Of a stretch of DNA of 64,000 nucleotides, positions 11,055-22,011 are shown piece after piece. The stretch is from an uncultured Spiribacter sp. (GTDB taxonomy: Bacteria; Pseudomonadota; Gammaproteobacteria; Nitrococcales; Nitrococcaceae). A model generated the notes under the pieces. That model was given only the letters and a program-made list of their open reading frames with translations. It did no database searches and was not told where the DNA came from. The position numbers and the translations under genes are program-made. The DNA lies in assembly GCA_937884605.1 (NCBI GenBank), contig CALGDM010000007.1:6714-70713 (forward strand), in the 5' to 3' direction. Every line of letters begins with the position of its first letter. The first letter of the stretch is position 1.

Positions 11055-11981
11055 TTATTTTCGTCGTGCCCGCGGATGCGCCCGGTCATAGACCTCGGCC
11101 AGATGCTGGAAGTCGAGGTGGGTGTAGATCTGCGTGGTGCCGATGTCGGCATGCCCGAGCAGCTCCTGGACGGCGCGCAGATCACCGCTGGACTCAAGCA
11201 GGTGGGTGGCAAACGCGTGCCGCAGCATGTGCGGGTTCACTGGCCGGTCCAGGCCCTGGCGGCGCGCCCGGTCATTGAGCCGGGCCTGGATGGCGCGATG
11301 CGACAGCCGCCGGCCGCGGCGACTGACGAACAGGCCGGTCTCTTCGGCATCGGCCAGGGTATGCCGGACCGCGACCCAATCGGCGATGGCCTCGCGGGCC
11401 TTGCGCCCCACCGGCACGATCCGGGTGCGCGCGCCCTTGCCCAGCACCCGCAGTTCGCGGGGTTGGGGGCCGGTATCGTCGAGGTTGAGGGCGGCCACCT
11501 CGGCAAGCCGCAGGCCGGCCCCGTAAATCAGTTCGAACAGCGCCCGGTCGCGGCGCTCCAGCGGATCGGCGGTCTGCGTGGCCGTCGCCGTCGCCGGCGG
11601 GTCGAGCAGCTGCGCGGTGGTGTCCACATCCAGTGTCGCCGGCAGGCTGCGCGCCGCCCGTGGCGCCTGGATGTCGGCCCCGGGGTCGGTATCGACGCGC
11701 CCTTCGCGCTGCAGATAGCGGAACAGTCCGCGCGCGGCGGAGAGCTGGCGCTGCAGGGAGCGAGGCGACAGGCCCCGGCGATGGCCGCGACTGATCCAGG
11801 CCCGGATGTGATGGCTGCGTACCGATTCCCAGGTATCAATGCCGGCCTGCTCGAGAGACCTCGCCAGCCCGGTCAGGTCACGGCCGTAGTGCTGGCGGGT
11901 CAGAGGGGCCAGGCGGCGTTCATCGCGCAGATGGGCCTGAAAGCCGTCGATGTCCGCCCACAGACGCGCATCGCCGGCCAT
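11055..11981 (-). CDS. xerC: Tyrosine recombinase XerC
   Basis: [70 protein letters not shown]; dapF-DUF484-xerC synteny. Confidence 0.95.
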   Translation of the reverse strand: MAGDARLWADIDGFQAHLRDERRLAPLTRQHYGRDLTGLARSLEQAGIDTWESVRSHHIRAWISRGHRRGLSPRSLQRQLSAARGLFRYLQREGRVDTDPGADIQAPRAARSLPATLDVDTTAQLLDPPATATATQTADPLERRDRALFELIYGAGLRLAEVAALNLDDTGPQPRELRVLGKGARTRIVPVGRKAREAIADWVAVRHTLADAEETGLFVSRRGRRLSHRAIQARLNDRARRQGLDRPVNPHMLRHAFATHLLESSGDLRAVQELLGHADIGTTQIYTHLDFQHLAEVYDRAHPRARRK

Positions 11982-11983
11982 GG

Positions 11984-12685
11984 CTAGGTGCCGGCGCTGG
12001 CCCGGCGCAGGACCCGGGCGGCCAGTGCGCCCAGCTGACCGAGAAAGACCGTGCCCTGATCGGCGTGATAGCGATCGGCATCGCGACTGCCAATGGCGAT
12101 GAAGCCGCGGATGGGCGGCTCGTCCATGGGGATGACGGCCACCGAGCCGAGCCCGTCGGTCTGAGGGTCAAAAATCAGTGACAGATGCTCGGCATCAAGC
12201 CCGCCCAGCACCGGCTGGTTGCCGGGGAAGGCCGCTTCCAGCTGCAGCGCCCGCGAGTCATCGGTGCCGATGATGGGGGCGCTGGCGGTGGTCAGCTGGT
12301 CGTTGATCAGCAGGACCTGAACGACATCCGCCTTGAAGTCGTGGCGCAGCCCGTCGCGAATGGCCATCAGCACGCCATCGAGATCGTCCGCAGCCAGCAA
12401 CTCGAGGGTAAAGCGATGGATCTGCTCGACCAGTCGGTCGTTGTCGCGGGCCACCTGCAGGAGCTGATCGAGGCGTTCGGCCAGGGCATGGTTTTCTTCG
12501 CGCAGGATCGCGACCTGGTATTCGATCAGCGAGCGGTCGGCGCTGGTCGCGTGGGGGACATCGAGGGTTTTCAGTACTTCCGGGTGGCGCCGTAGCAGAC
12601 CCGGATCGGCGCGCAGGTAATCAAGCACCTGTGCCTCGTCGATGGGCTCCGCCGGCATCGCTGATTCGCCCGTCTGACCGCTCAT
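11984..12685 (-). CDS. DUF484 (YigA-like) GAF-like protein
   Basis: YLRADP, SLIEYQVAILRE, ARDND, AIGSRDADRY...GTVFL; lies between dapF and xerC. Confidence 0.88.
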   Translation of the reverse strand: MSGQTGESAMPAEPIDEAQVLDYLRADPGLLRRHPEVLKTLDVPHATSADRSLIEYQVAILREENHALAERLDQLLQVARDNDRLVEQIHRFTLELLAADDLDGVLMAIRDGLRHDFKADVVQVLLINDQLTTASAPIIGTDDSRALQLEAAFPGNQPVLGGLDAEHLSLIFDPQTDGLGSVAVIPMDEPPIRGFIAIGSRDADRYHADQGTVFLGQLGALAARVLRRASAGT

Positions 12686-13521
12686 ATCGCTCCCGTTGTC
12701 AGTCTGCCCTCGAACACATGCTGCGCCGGCCCGGTCATCCAGACCGGATGGCCCTCGCCGCGCCAGTGTATCACCAGCTCGCCGCCGGTCAGCGCCAGTC
12801 GGACCGTGGCGTCGAACCAGTCGTTGAGGATACCGGCCACCACCGCCGCACAGGCGCCAGTGCCGCAGGCCGGCGTCTCGCCCACGCCACGTTCATAGAC
12901 CCGCAGCGCGCCGGCAGCGCGCCCATTGACCGCCAGAAAGCCCGCATTGACGCGGTTGGGAAAGCGCGGATGCGACTCCAGCGCCGGGCCCAGGGTGGCC
13001 ACCGGCGCCGTCCGGATGTCGTCAACACGCAGCACCACATGGGGATTGCCCATGGAGACCGCCGCCACCGACAGGGTCTGGCCGGCGGCCTCCAGCGCGT
13101 AGCGAGGCTGCCGGGTGGTGGCAGTGAACGGGATGGCGGCCGGCTCGAGGATCGGTGCGCCCATATCGACCCGCACCTGATCGGCATCGACCCGCTCGAC
13201 GCGGGTCAGGCCGGCATCGGTCTCAAGGCACAGATGATCGCCGTCATGCAGCCCCTGGTCGCGCAGAAAGCGGGCCATGCAGCGCACCCCGTTGCCGCAG
13301 TGCTCCACCTCGGTGCCGTCGGCATTCCAGATCCGGTAACGAAAGTCGGCATCCGGCCGGCGTGCCGGCGCGGCCATCAGCACCTGGTCGCAGCCAATTC
13401 CATAGCGCCGGTCGGCGATCCGGCGGATCCACTCCGGCGTGGGCTGGATGGACTGACGGATGGCATCGAGCACGACAAAGTCGTTGCCGAGCCCCTGCAG
13501 CTTGGAAAACGCCAGGGTCAT
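12682..13521 (-). CDS. dapF: Diaminopimelate epimerase
   Basis: GLGNDF, HCGNGVRC, SMGNPH, RVYERGVGETPACGTGACA. Confidence 0.96.
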   Translation of the reverse strand: MTLAFSKLQGLGNDFVVLDAIRQSIQPTPEWIRRIADRRYGIGCDQVLMAAPARRPDADFRYRIWNADGTEVEHCGNGVRCMARFLRDQGLHDGDHLCLETDAGLTRVERVDADQVRVDMGAPILEPAAIPFTATTRQPRYALEAAGQTLSVAAVSMGNPHVVLRVDDIRTAPVATLGPALESHPRFPNRVNAGFLAVNGRAAGALRVYERGVGETPACGTGACAAVVAGILNDWFDATVRLALTGGELVIHWRGEGHPVWMTGPAQHVFEGRLTTGAI

Positions 13522-14759
13522 GGCGATGCCAGCAGGTGCTCGCCCTGCCAGAGTGCTTCGAGCGGCTCGCGCTCGCGGATCAGATGCGCCTGATCGCCAT
13601 CCACCAGCACTTCGGCGGGGCGCGGCCGGGCGTTGTATTGCGAGGCCATGACAAAGCCATAGGCGCCGGTGGCATGGATGGCCAGCAGGCTGCCCGGGCG
13701 CAGTGCCAGGGAGCGCTCGCTGCCGAGGGTATCGGCGCTTTCGCAGACCGGCCCGACGATGTCGTAGAGGCGCGGGTCGGCGTCCACCGGCTCGGCCGTC
13801 TCGATGCGCTGCCAGGCGTTGTAGAGCGCCGGGCGCAGCAGGTCGGTCATCGCCGCATCGACAATCGCGAAGTCGCGGTGGCCGGGCTTGAGGTACTCCA
13901 CCCGGGTCAGCAGCAGGCCCGCTTCGCCCACCAGCGCCCGGCCCGGTTCCATGAGCAGGGTCTGGCGCCGGCCGGCGAGCAGCGGGCCAAGTCGCTCGGC
14001 CAGCGCGGCGGGCGTGGGCGGTGTTTCGTCCTCGTAGCGGATCCCCAGACCACCGCCGATATCGAGATGGGTCAGGGGGATGCCGTCGGCCTCCAGCCGA
14101 TCCACCAGCGCCAGGCTGCGTGACAGGGCATCCACCAGTGGCTCGAGCTCGGTGAGCTGCGAGCCGATGTGGAAATCCATCCCGGTCACGTCAATGCCCG
14201 GCAGCGAGGCGGCATGGTGATAGAGCGCCTCGGCGGCCTGGATGTCGATGCCGAACTTGTTTTCCTTGAGCCCCGTGGAGATGTACGGATGGGTGCGCGC
14301 ATCGACATCGGGATTGACCCGCAGCGACACCGGCGCGCGCTGACCGCTGCGACCTGCCACTGCGTTGATGCGCTCGAGCTCGGCCGCCGATTCGATGTTG
14401 AACGCCAGGATACCCGCCGCCAGCGCCTGCTCGATCTCGGCCTCGGTTTTGCCCACGCCCGAGAACACCACCCGGGCCGGATCGCCGCCGGCGCGCAGCA
14501 CCCGTGCCAGCTCGCCGCCCGAGACAATGTCGAAACCGCTGCCAAGCCGCGCCAGCAGCTGCAGGATCGCCAGACTGCCGTTGGCCTTCACCGCATAGCA
14601 GATCTGGTGGTCAAAGCCGGCAAACGCCTGGTCGTAGGCCCGCCAGGCCGACTCGATGGCGGCGCGGGAGTAGACGTAGAGCGGCGTCCCGAAGCGCTCG
14701 GCGAGGGCCGGGGCCGGGCAGCCCTCGATATGCAGGATCTCGTCTGACCGGTGGATCAC
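13518..14759 (-). CDS. lysA: Diaminopimelate decarboxylase
   Basis: CYAVKAN, GFDIVSGGE, HIGSQ, EPGRAL, GPVCES, GAYG..MASQYN. Start set at GTG 14759, overlapping the lptM stop. Confidence 0.95.
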   Translation of the reverse strand: MIHRSDEILHIEGCPAPALAERFGTPLYVYSRAAIESAWRAYDQAFAGFDHQICYAVKANGSLAILQLLARLGSGFDIVSGGELARVLRAGGDPARVVFSGVGKTEAEIEQALAAGILAFNIESAAELERINAVAGRSGQRAPVSLRVNPDVDARTHPYISTGLKENKFGIDIQAAEALYHHAASLPGIDVTGMDFHIGSQLTELEPLVDALSRSLALVDRLEADGIPLTHLDIGGGLGIRYEDETPPTPAALAERLGPLLAGRRQTLLMEPGRALVGEAGLLLTRVEYLKPGHRDFAIVDAAMTDLLRPALYNAWQRIETAEPVDADPRLYDIVGPVCESADTLGSERSLALRPGSLLAIHATGAYGFVMASQYNARPRPAEVLVDGDQAHLIREREPLEALWQGEHLLASP

Positions 14760-14884
14760 GATGCGGTCTCCGCACTGGAGGCAGCGGTTTCGGCCTCGGG
14801 CATGTAGAGATCGCCCTTGACGCCACAGCCGGTGAGCAGGATTAGCGTGATCAGGGCCAGACAAGGCAGGATACGTAGCGACAT
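14756..14884 (-). CDS. lptM: Small lipoprotein LptM/YifL-like (42 aa)
   Basis: MSLRILPCLALITLILLTG-CGVKGDLYMP: lipobox followed by CGxKGxLYxP; conserved position upstream of lysA/dapF. Confidence 0.85.
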   Translation of the reverse strand: MSLRILPCLALITLILLTGCGVKGDLYMPEAETAASSAETAS

Positions 14885-14932
14885 GCAGACTCGGGGTTTC
14901 ATGTGGAACACCAGTATAGGGGGACACAGGCA

Positions 14933-15604
14933 ATGGCGGAACAGCCGTTGGAGACAGTGGAAACGGGCGGCCCGGCGCCGCAATGCAGTGTCATCTGGCT
15001 GCACGGGCTGGGTGCCAGCGGCCATGACTTTGAACCCATCGTCCCGCAGCTGGGACTGCCGTCACCGGAGGCCGTTCGGTTTGTGTTTCCGCATGCGCCG
15101 TCCCGACCCGTGACGCTCAATGGCGGGTTGTCGATGCCGGCCTGGTACGACGTCTATGGCCTGTCCGCGGGGACGCCGCAGGATGAGCGCGGTCTGGACG
15201 AGGCCGCCGGCTGGATCGAGACCCTGATCGAGCGCGAGACCGCCCGCGGCATCCCGCCCCATCGCCAAGTACTGGCCGGATTCTCGCAGGGCGGCGCGCT
15301 GGCGCTGCATACCGGCCTGCGCTATGCCGAGGGACTGGCGGGCATCATGGGGCTGTCCACCTATCTGCCGCTGGCGGATCACCTGGGCCAGGCCCGGGCC
15401 GCGGCCAATCGCGACACATCGGTCTTTCTGGCCCACGGTCATCACGACCCGGTGCTGGCGTATCGCCTGGGCACCGACTCGCGCGACGCCCTCGAGGCGC
15501 TGGGCTATCCGGTGGAGTGGCGCGACTATCCCATGGAGCACCAGGTCTGCATGGAAGAGATTGCCGATATCGGCGCCTGGCTGCGCCGGGTGCTGGCCCT
15601 CTAG
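14933..15604 (+). CDS. Phospholipase/carboxylesterase (alpha/beta hydrolase, EstB-like)
   Basis: [35 protein letters not shown] nucleophile motif, YPMEH. Confidence 0.9.
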   Translation: MAEQPLETVETGGPAPQCSVIWLHGLGASGHDFEPIVPQLGLPSPEAVRFVFPHAPSRPVTLNGGLSMPAWYDVYGLSAGTPQDERGLDEAAGWIETLIERETARGIPPHRQVLAGFSQGGALALHTGLRYAEGLAGIMGLSTYLPLADHLGQARAAANRDTSVFLAHGHHDPVLAYRLGTDSRDALEALGYPVEWRDYPMEHQVCMEEIADIGAWLRRVLAL

Positions 15605-17004
15605 CCGTCGCCTTTGTGATCCAGCCGCCGGCGCGCCGCGGCCACCTGACGGCGGACCTGCGCCGGGGCGGTCCCGCCGATATGGTCGCGGGCCGCCAGG
15701 GAGCCCTCCAGGGTGAGCACGCCAAACACATCCTCGCCGATGGCCACTGAAAAGCGCTGCAGTTCGGCCAGGGACAGATCGGCCAGATCGCGGCCCTCGG
15801 CCACGCCATAGGCCACCGCCTTGCCCACGATCTCGTGGGCATCGCGAAAGGCCACGCCCTGCCGGACCAGATAGTCGGCCAGGTCGGTGGCGGTCGCGAA
15901 CCCCTCGCGGGCGGCGGCCCGGGTGCGCTCGCGATTGACGGTCAGCGCCGGGACCATGTCGGCGAACGCCCGCAGGCTGTCGCGCAGGGCATCGGCCGCA
16001 TCGAACAGCGGTTCCTTGTCTTCCTGGTTGTCGCGGTTGTAGGCGAGCGGCTGACCTTTCATCAGGGTCAGCAGGGTATGGAGGGCGCCGTGCACCCGCG
16101 CGCTCTTGCCGCGAACCAGTTCGGCCACATCGGGGTTCTTTTTCTGCGGCATGATCGAGCTGCCGGTGCAGAAGCGGTCGGGCAGATCGATGAAGCCGGT
16201 CAGCGGTGATGCCCAGATCACCAGCTCTTCGGCCATCCGCGACAGGTGGGTCATGGTCAGCGCCGCCGCCGAGACGAACTCGATGGCAAAGTCGCGATCC
16301 GAGACCGCATCCAGGGAGTTGCGGGTGGGCGCGTCAAAGCCCAGTGCCGCACAGGTCTGATCGCGGTCGATGGGGAACGTCGTCCCCGCCAGTGCCGCCG
16401 AGCCCAGGGGCATTTCGTTGGCGCGCCGCCGAACATCGTGCAGACGCGATTCGTCGCGGACCAGCATTTCGTACCAGGCCAGCATGTGGTGGCCAAAGCT
16501 CACGGGCTGCGCCACCTGCAGATGGGTAAAGCCGGGCATCACGGTATCCGCCTCGCGCTCGGCCAGATCCACCAGGCCGGCCTGAAACCGTCGCAGCAGG
16601 GCGAGGTTGCCATCGATGACCGTGCGCAGCCACAGGCGGATGTCGGTGGCGATCTGGTCGTTGCGCGAACGCCCGGTGTGCAGCCGCTTGCCCGCCTCGC
16701 CGATGCGCTCGGTGAGGCGGGCCTCGATGTTCATGTGGACATCCTCGAGGGCGGGATCCCAGGGAAACCCGCCGGCCTCGATCTCGGCCTCGATGGCTTG
16801 TAGCCCGGCGTCGATGGCCGCGCCGTCGTCGGCGCTGATGATGCCGCAGTCCGCGAGCATCCTGGCGTGGGCGCGGGAGCCGCGGATGTCCTCGCGATAG
16901 AGGCGTCGATCGTAGTGTTCCGAGGCGCTGAAGGCCGCCACGAAGGCATCGGTTGCCTCGCTGAAACGGCCACTCCAGAGACCCTTGGCGTCTGACTCGC
17001 TCAT
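15601..17004 (-). CDS. argH: Argininosuccinate lyase
   Basis: [48 protein letters not shown] at 17004. Confidence 0.96.
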   Translation of the reverse strand: MSESDAKGLWSGRFSEATDAFVAAFSASEHYDRRLYREDIRGSRAHARMLADCGIISADDGAAIDAGLQAIEAEIEAGGFPWDPALEDVHMNIEARLTERIGEAGKRLHTGRSRNDQIATDIRLWLRTVIDGNLALLRRFQAGLVDLAEREADTVMPGFTHLQVAQPVSFGHHMLAWYEMLVRDESRLHDVRRRANEMPLGSAALAGTTFPIDRDQTCAALGFDAPTRNSLDAVSDRDFAIEFVSAAALTMTHLSRMAEELVIWASPLTGFIDLPDRFCTGSSIMPQKKNPDVAELVRGKSARVHGALHTLLTLMKGQPLAYNRDNQEDKEPLFDAADALRDSLRAFADMVPALTVNRERTRAAAREGFATATDLADYLVRQGVAFRDAHEIVGKAVAYGVAEGRDLADLSLAELQRFSVAIGEDVFGVLTLEGSLAARDHIGGTAPAQVRRQVAAARRRLDHKGDG

Positions 17005-17155
17005 GCCCATCCATTCCTGTCGACTGAGCGCCGCAGTATAGCAGCCGACCGGCCGACTGCAGCGGATGTCCGGTCTGTGAACCGGTTGGCGATATCCGTC
17101 GACGCGCTTTTCCATGCTCGAGCCTCCACTTGATGAGCGCCCGGGAGGGACCGAC

Positions 17156-17896
17156 ATGATGAAGATTGTGATTGCCTGCGAGCAGGCCGCCCTGCGTGAG
17201 CGTCTGGCGCGACTCGCTGCCAACCGGACCGGCTGCCGTATTGCCGGTGTTTTCGAGACGCCGGCGGAGGCGCCGGCCAGCCATCGCCGCGATCCGGTGG
17301 ACGCCGTGGTGCTGGGGGTGCGCGATGCCCGGCACCTGGCCGCGGCGGTGGCGTTGGCCAATGCCACGCCGGCCCCGGCGATCCTGCTGGCCTGCGAGAT
17401 GACGGATCCCATCGTCCCGCAGCTCGAGGCGAGCGGCATCGACTATGTCCTCGACAGTGTCCACCCGGCGCGTTTCGAGGCCGCCCTCGAGGCCGCCCGC
17501 CCCCTGAGCGCGGGCCAGATCATCCGGCTTCAGGCCCCCGGCGCCGGTGACGAGCGTCGCCATATCCTGTGTCGCCGCCGCAACGGCCTGAGCCTGATTC
17601 CGGTGGATGACGTGCGCTGCTTTGTGGCCGATCACAAGTACGTCAGCGTCCAGCACGATGCCGGTGAGGATCTGATCGAGGAGTCGCTGTGCGGTCTCGA
17701 GGCGGAGTTCGGGCAGCGCTTCCTGCGGGTGCATCGCAATGCCCTGGTGGCCCGGGATGCCCTGCGGGGGCTGGAAAAGGATCTCGATGGTCGCACCCGC
17801 GCCCGCGTCGATGGCAGCGACGATCCACTGCCGGTCAGCCGGCGCCGTCTGCCCACGGTTCGACGCTGGATAAGGAGCGCGGCTGCACCGGGCTGA
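17156..17896 (+). CDS. algR: AlgR-like LytTR response regulator with degenerate (pseudo-)receiver domain
   Basis: [43 protein letters not shown] match AlgR; argH/algR/hemC synteny; receiver acidic residues and Lys are absent. Confidence 0.82.
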   Translation: MMKIVIACEQAALRERLARLAANRTGCRIAGVFETPAEAPASHRRDPVDAVVLGVRDARHLAAAVALANATPAPAILLACEMTDPIVPQLEASGIDYVLDSVHPARFEAALEAARPLSAGQIIRLQAPGAGDERRHILCRRRNGLSLIPVDDVRCFVADHKYVSVQHDAGEDLIEESLCGLEAEFGQRFLRVHRNALVARDALRGLEKDLDGRTRARVDGSDDPLPVSRRRLPTVRRWIRSAAAPG

Positions 17897-17977
17897 CGCT
17901 TTGCGTGGGGGCGATCAGGCGGTATTGTTGCGCATTATCGCAACTGATCGCCCGGCTCGCCCCGGGCCCATGCATTC

Positions 17978-18901
17978 ATGTCCACGACGCATCTGCGCAT
18001 CGCCACCCGCCGTAGTCCACTGGCCATCTGGCAGGCCGAGCATGTCGCCGAGCGGCTGCGGGCCCGCCACCCCGGGCTCGAGGTCGAGCTGGTCCGCCTG
18101 TCCACCCGCGGCGACGAGATCACCGATCGCCCGCTGATGGCGGTGGGCGGCAAGGCATTGTTCGTCAAGGCGCTCGAGGAGGGCATGCTGGCGGGCAAGG
18201 CCGACATCGCCGTTCACTCGATGAAGGATATCCCCGCCGAGGTCCCGGATGAATTCCGGGTGCCGGTGATCCTGGCCCGCGATGATCCCTTCGATGCCTT
18301 TGTCTCGCGTCACTACACCGATCTGCAGGCCCTGCCCGTGGGCGGTTGCGTGGGCACGGCGAGTCTGCGCCGCGAGTGCCAGATCCGCGCCCGGCGCCCC
18401 GATCTGACCGTGGAGTCGCTGCGCGGCAACGTCCAGACCCGGCTTGGCAAGCTGGAGGCCGGGGATTTTGATGCCATCGTGCTGGCGGCGTCCGGTCTGC
18501 GGCGATTGGGCATGGCGGATCAGATCACCCGCGCGATGCCCGCCGAGGAGAGCCTGCCGGCGGTGGGTCAGGGGGCCCTGGCCATCGAGTGCCGCGCCGA
18601 TGATCCCCGGGTGGAGTCGCTGATCCGCGACCTCGATGACCCCGACAGCCATGATCGGGTGGCCGCGGAGCGGGCAGTCAATGCCCGGCTCGAGGGCAGC
18701 TGCCATGTCCCGCTGGCCGCCTACGCGGTGCTGGAGGGCGATGACCTGTGGCTGCGCGCCCTGGTGGCGCGTCGTGATGGCCGTCAGGTGCTGCGTGCCG
18801 AGGGCCGCGCGCCCCGCCGTGAGGGCGAGGCCCTGGGCAACAAGGTGGCCGGGGACCTGCTGGCGCAGGGAGCCGGCGAGATCCTCGCCGATATTCAGTG
18901 A
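17978..18901 (+). CDS. hemC: Porphobilinogen deaminase
   Basis: IATRRSPLAIWQA, GGKALFVK, VHSMKD, GTASLRR, LRGNVQTRL, LEGSCHVP. Confidence 0.96.
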   Translation: MSTTHLRIATRRSPLAIWQAEHVAERLRARHPGLEVELVRLSTRGDEITDRPLMAVGGKALFVKALEEGMLAGKADIAVHSMKDIPAEVPDEFRVPVILARDDPFDAFVSRHYTDLQALPVGGCVGTASLRRECQIRARRPDLTVESLRGNVQTRLGKLEAGDFDAIVLAASGLRRLGMADQITRAMPAEESLPAVGQGALAIECRADDPRVESLIRDLDDPDSHDRVAAERAVNARLEGSCHVPLAAYAVLEGDDLWLRALVARRDGRQVLRAEGRAPRREGEALGNKVAGDLLAQGAGEILADIQ

Positions 18902-19707
18902 CCGCCGGGGACGCCCTGGCCGGCCGCCGGATTCTGGTGACCCGGCCGCAGGGCCAGGCCGACGGGCTGATCCACTGCCTTGAAACCGCCGGCGCGACGG
19001 TCCTGCACCGTCCCACTCTGCAGATTGTTGGCCTTGCCCCGCCGCCCCTGACAAACCCCCGCGCCGACTGGATCGTCTTTACCAGTCCCAACGCCGTCCG
19101 GCATGGCGTCGGCCGGCTGCCACCGGCGGTGAGTGGGCACGCCCGGGTGGCCGCGGTGGGGCCGGGTACCGCGGCCGCCGCACGGCGACAGGGCCTGACG
19201 GTGACTGCCGCACCGCGGGTCGGGGGCGGCGCGGATGACCTGTTGCGCGAGTCGGCCTTTGACGCCGGCGCCGATGCCCGGGTGCTGATCATTCGCGGCG
19301 AGGCCGGCCGTCGCCAATTGTCGGAGGCCCTGCGCGAGCGCGGTGCGGTGGTGGACGAATGGGTGGTCTACCGGCGCGTGGTACCGACCGGTGGACTGGC
19401 GATTCCCCGGGAGTGGCAGGCCCGGCCGCTTGACTGCACAATTGTGACCAGTACCAGTGGCCTGTCGGGTCTGCTCGGCATGGCGGGGTCAGGCGCGCTA
19501 GAGTGGGTCCGCAAAAGCCGACTGGTCACCGTGAGCGAGCGCATCGCGATGGCCGCCGTACGCGCCGGATGGGACGCGCCCGCCGTCGCCAGTGGCGCGG
19601 ACGACGAGGCAATAACACGGGCGGTGTGTGCCGCGCTGCAGAGAGAGAGCGATGAGCAAGACAGACAAGGACGCGCAGAAGGCCCTCGAGACGACCCCGG
19701 GCGATAA
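18898..19707 (+). CDS. hemD: Uroporphyrinogen-III synthase
   Basis: ILVTRP, IVFTSPNAV, AVGPGTA, IIRGEAGR, VSERIA; follows hemC. Confidence 0.88.
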   Translation: MTAGDALAGRRILVTRPQGQADGLIHCLETAGATVLHRPTLQIVGLAPPPLTNPRADWIVFTSPNAVRHGVGRLPPAVSGHARVAAVGPGTAAAARRQGLTVTAAPRVGGGADDLLRESAFDAGADARVLIIRGEAGRRQLSEALRERGAVVDEWVVYRRVVPTGGLAIPREWQARPLDCTIVTSTSGLSGLLGMAGSGALEWVRKSRLVTVSERIAMAAVRAGWDAPAVASGADDEAITRAVCAALQRESDEQDRQGRAEGPRDDPGR

Positions 19708-20797
19708 TGGTTCGGCGCCGGATGATGCCTCGACGGCGGCCCCTGCCGAATCCGCGGCTCCGGCGACAGGACGAGCGCCCGGGCGCCTTGCCCTTTTCGT
19801 GGCCCTGCTGGTCGCCCTGCTGACGGCCGCGGGCGGGGGGTATCTCGTCTGGCAGATGCAGCAACTCGCCGACGCCCAGGCCCAACTGGCCACCCGCAGC
19901 GCCCTCGAGACCCTGCGCAGCGACCAGCAGAGCGACCTGGGTGAGCTCAACGGCCGCATCACCAACCTCAACGAACAGCTCGAATCGCGCCTGCAGTCGC
20001 TGGCCCAGCTCGAAAACCGCATGGCCGATCAGGTCAGTGCCCGTCGTGAACTCGCCGACCGGGTGGATCAGCTCTACCGCCGCATGAACTCCGAGACCGA
20101 TGACTGGCGCATCGCCGAGGCCGGTTATCTGGCCCGTATGGCCGTGCATCGCGTGCGCTTCAACGGCGATATCGCCGGTGCCCTCGAGGCCCTGGAGGCC
20201 GCCGATGTCCTGCTCTCGGGCCTGGGCGGCGTGGGCATCGACCGGCGCGAGGCCATTGGCCGCGCCGTCGATCAGCTGCTGGACGTTGATCGCATTGATC
20301 CGGTGGCCATCAACCGGGGGCTCGACCGGGTGGCCGATCAGCTGGGCTCGCTGCCACTGGCCGCCGGCATCCAGCGTTTCGAGACGCCTGACACCACGGC
20401 CGGGGCGCAGAGTGATGCCCCGGACGGCGGCTGGCAGGCACGGCTCGATCGTGCCGGGGATCGGCTCATGGCGGGGCTCAACGAGCTGGTCACGGTCAGC
20501 CGCGATCGCCAGGTCGAACCGCTGCCCGAGCCGGAATCCCGATTCCTGCTGCAGCAGAACCTGCGGCTGCAGATCGAGTCGGCGCGACTGGCCGCTCTGC
20601 GGGGCGAGCCAGCCACCTATGACAACGCCCTGCAGCGGATCGATGACTGGGTGGGCGCCTATTTTGATTCCAGCGCCGAGAGCGTGACCGCGGTTCGCGA
20701 CCGCCTGGCCGATCTGATGGACCAGCCGGTGGAGGTCGAACGGCCCGCCATTGGCGAGACGCTGGCGCCGGTACTCAATGACGGTGGTCAGTCATGA
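19652..20797 (+). CDS. hemX: HemX-family membrane protein
   Basis: TM helix then coiled coil, WRIAEAGYL, LQQNLRLQIESARLAAL, YFD; hemCDXY operon. Confidence 0.85.
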   Translation: MSKTDKDAQKALETTPGDNGSAPDDASTAAPAESAAPATGRAPGRLALFVALLVALLTAAGGGYLVWQMQQLADAQAQLATRSALETLRSDQQSDLGELNGRITNLNEQLESRLQSLAQLENRMADQVSARRELADRVDQLYRRMNSETDDWRIAEAGYLARMAVHRVRFNGDIAGALEALEAADVLLSGLGGVGIDRREAIGRAVDQLLDVDRIDPVAINRGLDRVADQLGSLPLAAGIQRFETPDTTAGAQSDAPDGGWQARLDRAGDRLMAGLNELVTVSRDRQVEPLPEPESRFLLQQNLRLQIESARLAALRGEPATYDNALQRIDDWVGAYFDSSAESVTAVRDRLADLMDQPVEVERPAIGETLAPVLNDGGQS

Positions 20798-22011
20798 TCC
20801 GCCGGCTCATCTTGCTGGTCCTGCTGCTGCTGGCGAGTGTGTCGGCGGCGCAGTGGTTTGCCAACGAAGGCGGCTTTCTGCTGGTTCGGGTGGGCGAATG
20901 GACCCTTCAGACCAGCCTGTTCGTGGCGGTGCTGGCGTTCATTGCTCTGTGGGCGGCGGTCACCCTGGCGGTGGGGCTGCTGCGACGCACGCTCAAGGCC
21001 CCCGGCCAGGTGCGCGAACGGCTTGCCAGCCGGCGCACCCAGCGCGCCCAGCGCGAGCTGATCGACGGGCTGATCGAGCTGGCCGAGGGGCGCTACGCCC
21101 AGGCCGAGCGTCATCTCGAAGGCACCAGCGGGATTTCGGAACAGCCGCTCATGCACCATCTGCTGGCGGCGATCGCCGCTCAGCGTCGCGGCGAATGGCA
21201 ACGTCGGGATGACCTGCTGGTGGCGGCGGATTCCGCCAACCCGCGGGCGCGACTGGCGGTGGGGCTGCTCCAGGCCCAGCTGCAGGTCGACGCCGAACAG
21301 TGGGAGCAGGCCCTTGCCACCCTGGGCTGGCTGCGCGAGAAAGCGCCCCGCAATCACCGCGTGCTGATGCTGCTGGCACGGGCCATGCGGGCGGTGGAGG
21401 ATTACGCCGGGTTGATGGACCTGCTGCCGGACCTGCGCCGCGAGCAGTCCCTGCCCAGTGCCGAGCTCACCAGCATTGAGCAGCGCGCCCTGGACGAGCG
21501 CATCAATGCCCTGGGCGCCTCGGCCAATGCCGACAGTCTGGGCCGCATCTGGAAGTCGCTACCCAAGAGCCGGCGCCGCGATCCGGCGCTGCAGGCGCGT
21601 TACGCCCGGGCGCTGATCGACGCCGACTGCCCGGTCACTGCCGAGCGCCAGCTGCGCCGCTGGTTGCGCCAGCGCTGGGAGCCTGCCCTGGTGGAGGTCT
21701 ATGGCGAGTTGCCCCTGGCCCCGGAGCGGGTCTACAACCGCCTCACGTCCTGGCTCAATGAACGCCCCGACGACCCGGCGCTACTCTACGCCGCGGCCCG
21801 GCAGGCCGCCCGCTGCGAGCGCTGGGGGCCGGCCCGCAGCCACCTCGAGGCGGCGGTGGCCCGGGATGACAATCCCACCACGGCGCGTCTGCTTGCCGAG
21901 CTCTACGAGCGCCTCGGCGAACATGACCGCGCCCGCCAGACCTATCGTCAGGCCCTGGGCCTGGACCCCATCGGCAACAGCCTGCCGCGGATGGACGCCC
22001 CGGCCGACTAG
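20794..22011 (+). CDS. hemY: HemY-family TPR membrane protein (HemY_N)
   Basis: Two N-terminal TM segments, GLIELAEGRYAQAE, TPR-like repeats; follows hemX. Confidence 0.85.
   Translation: MIRRLILLVLLLLASVSAAQWFANEGGFLLVRVGEWTLQTSLFVAVLAFIALWAAVTLAVGLLRRTLKAPGQVRERLASRRTQRAQRELIDGLIELAEGRYAQAERHLEGTSGISEQPLMHHLLAAIAAQRRGEWQRRDDLLVAADSANPRARLAVGLLQAQLQVDAEQWEQALATLGWLREKAPRNHRVLMLLARAMRAVEDYAGLMDLLPDLRREQSLPSAELTSIEQRALDERINALGASANADSLGRIWKSLPKSRRRDPALQARYARALIDADCPVTAERQLRRWLRQRWEPALVEVYGELPLAPERVYNRLTSWLNERPDDPALLYAAARQAARCERWGPARSHLEAAVARDDNPTTARLLAELYERLGEHDRARQTYRQALGLDPIGNSLPRMDAPAD

Noticed and set aside
11055..11981. Tyrosine recombinase as a possible integrase or mobile element
   Set aside because: Sequence and dapF-DUF484-xerC synteny identify it as housekeeping XerC; there are no att sites, cargo genes or visible compositional shift.
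14760..14933. Long N-terminal extension of lysA in the ORF track, and similar extensions of gpsA, argH, hemF, moaA, rsmB, hisB, hisE and tatB
   Set aside because: These are upstream open-frame artefacts overlapping real neighbouring genes or promoters; starts were reassigned from conserved N-termini and stop/start coupling.
19652..19707. 56-bp hemD/hemX overlap as a frameshifted HemD-HemX fusion
   Set aside because: Both ORFs are complete, hemX has its own ATG after a purine-rich tract, and the overlap is a short tail extension.
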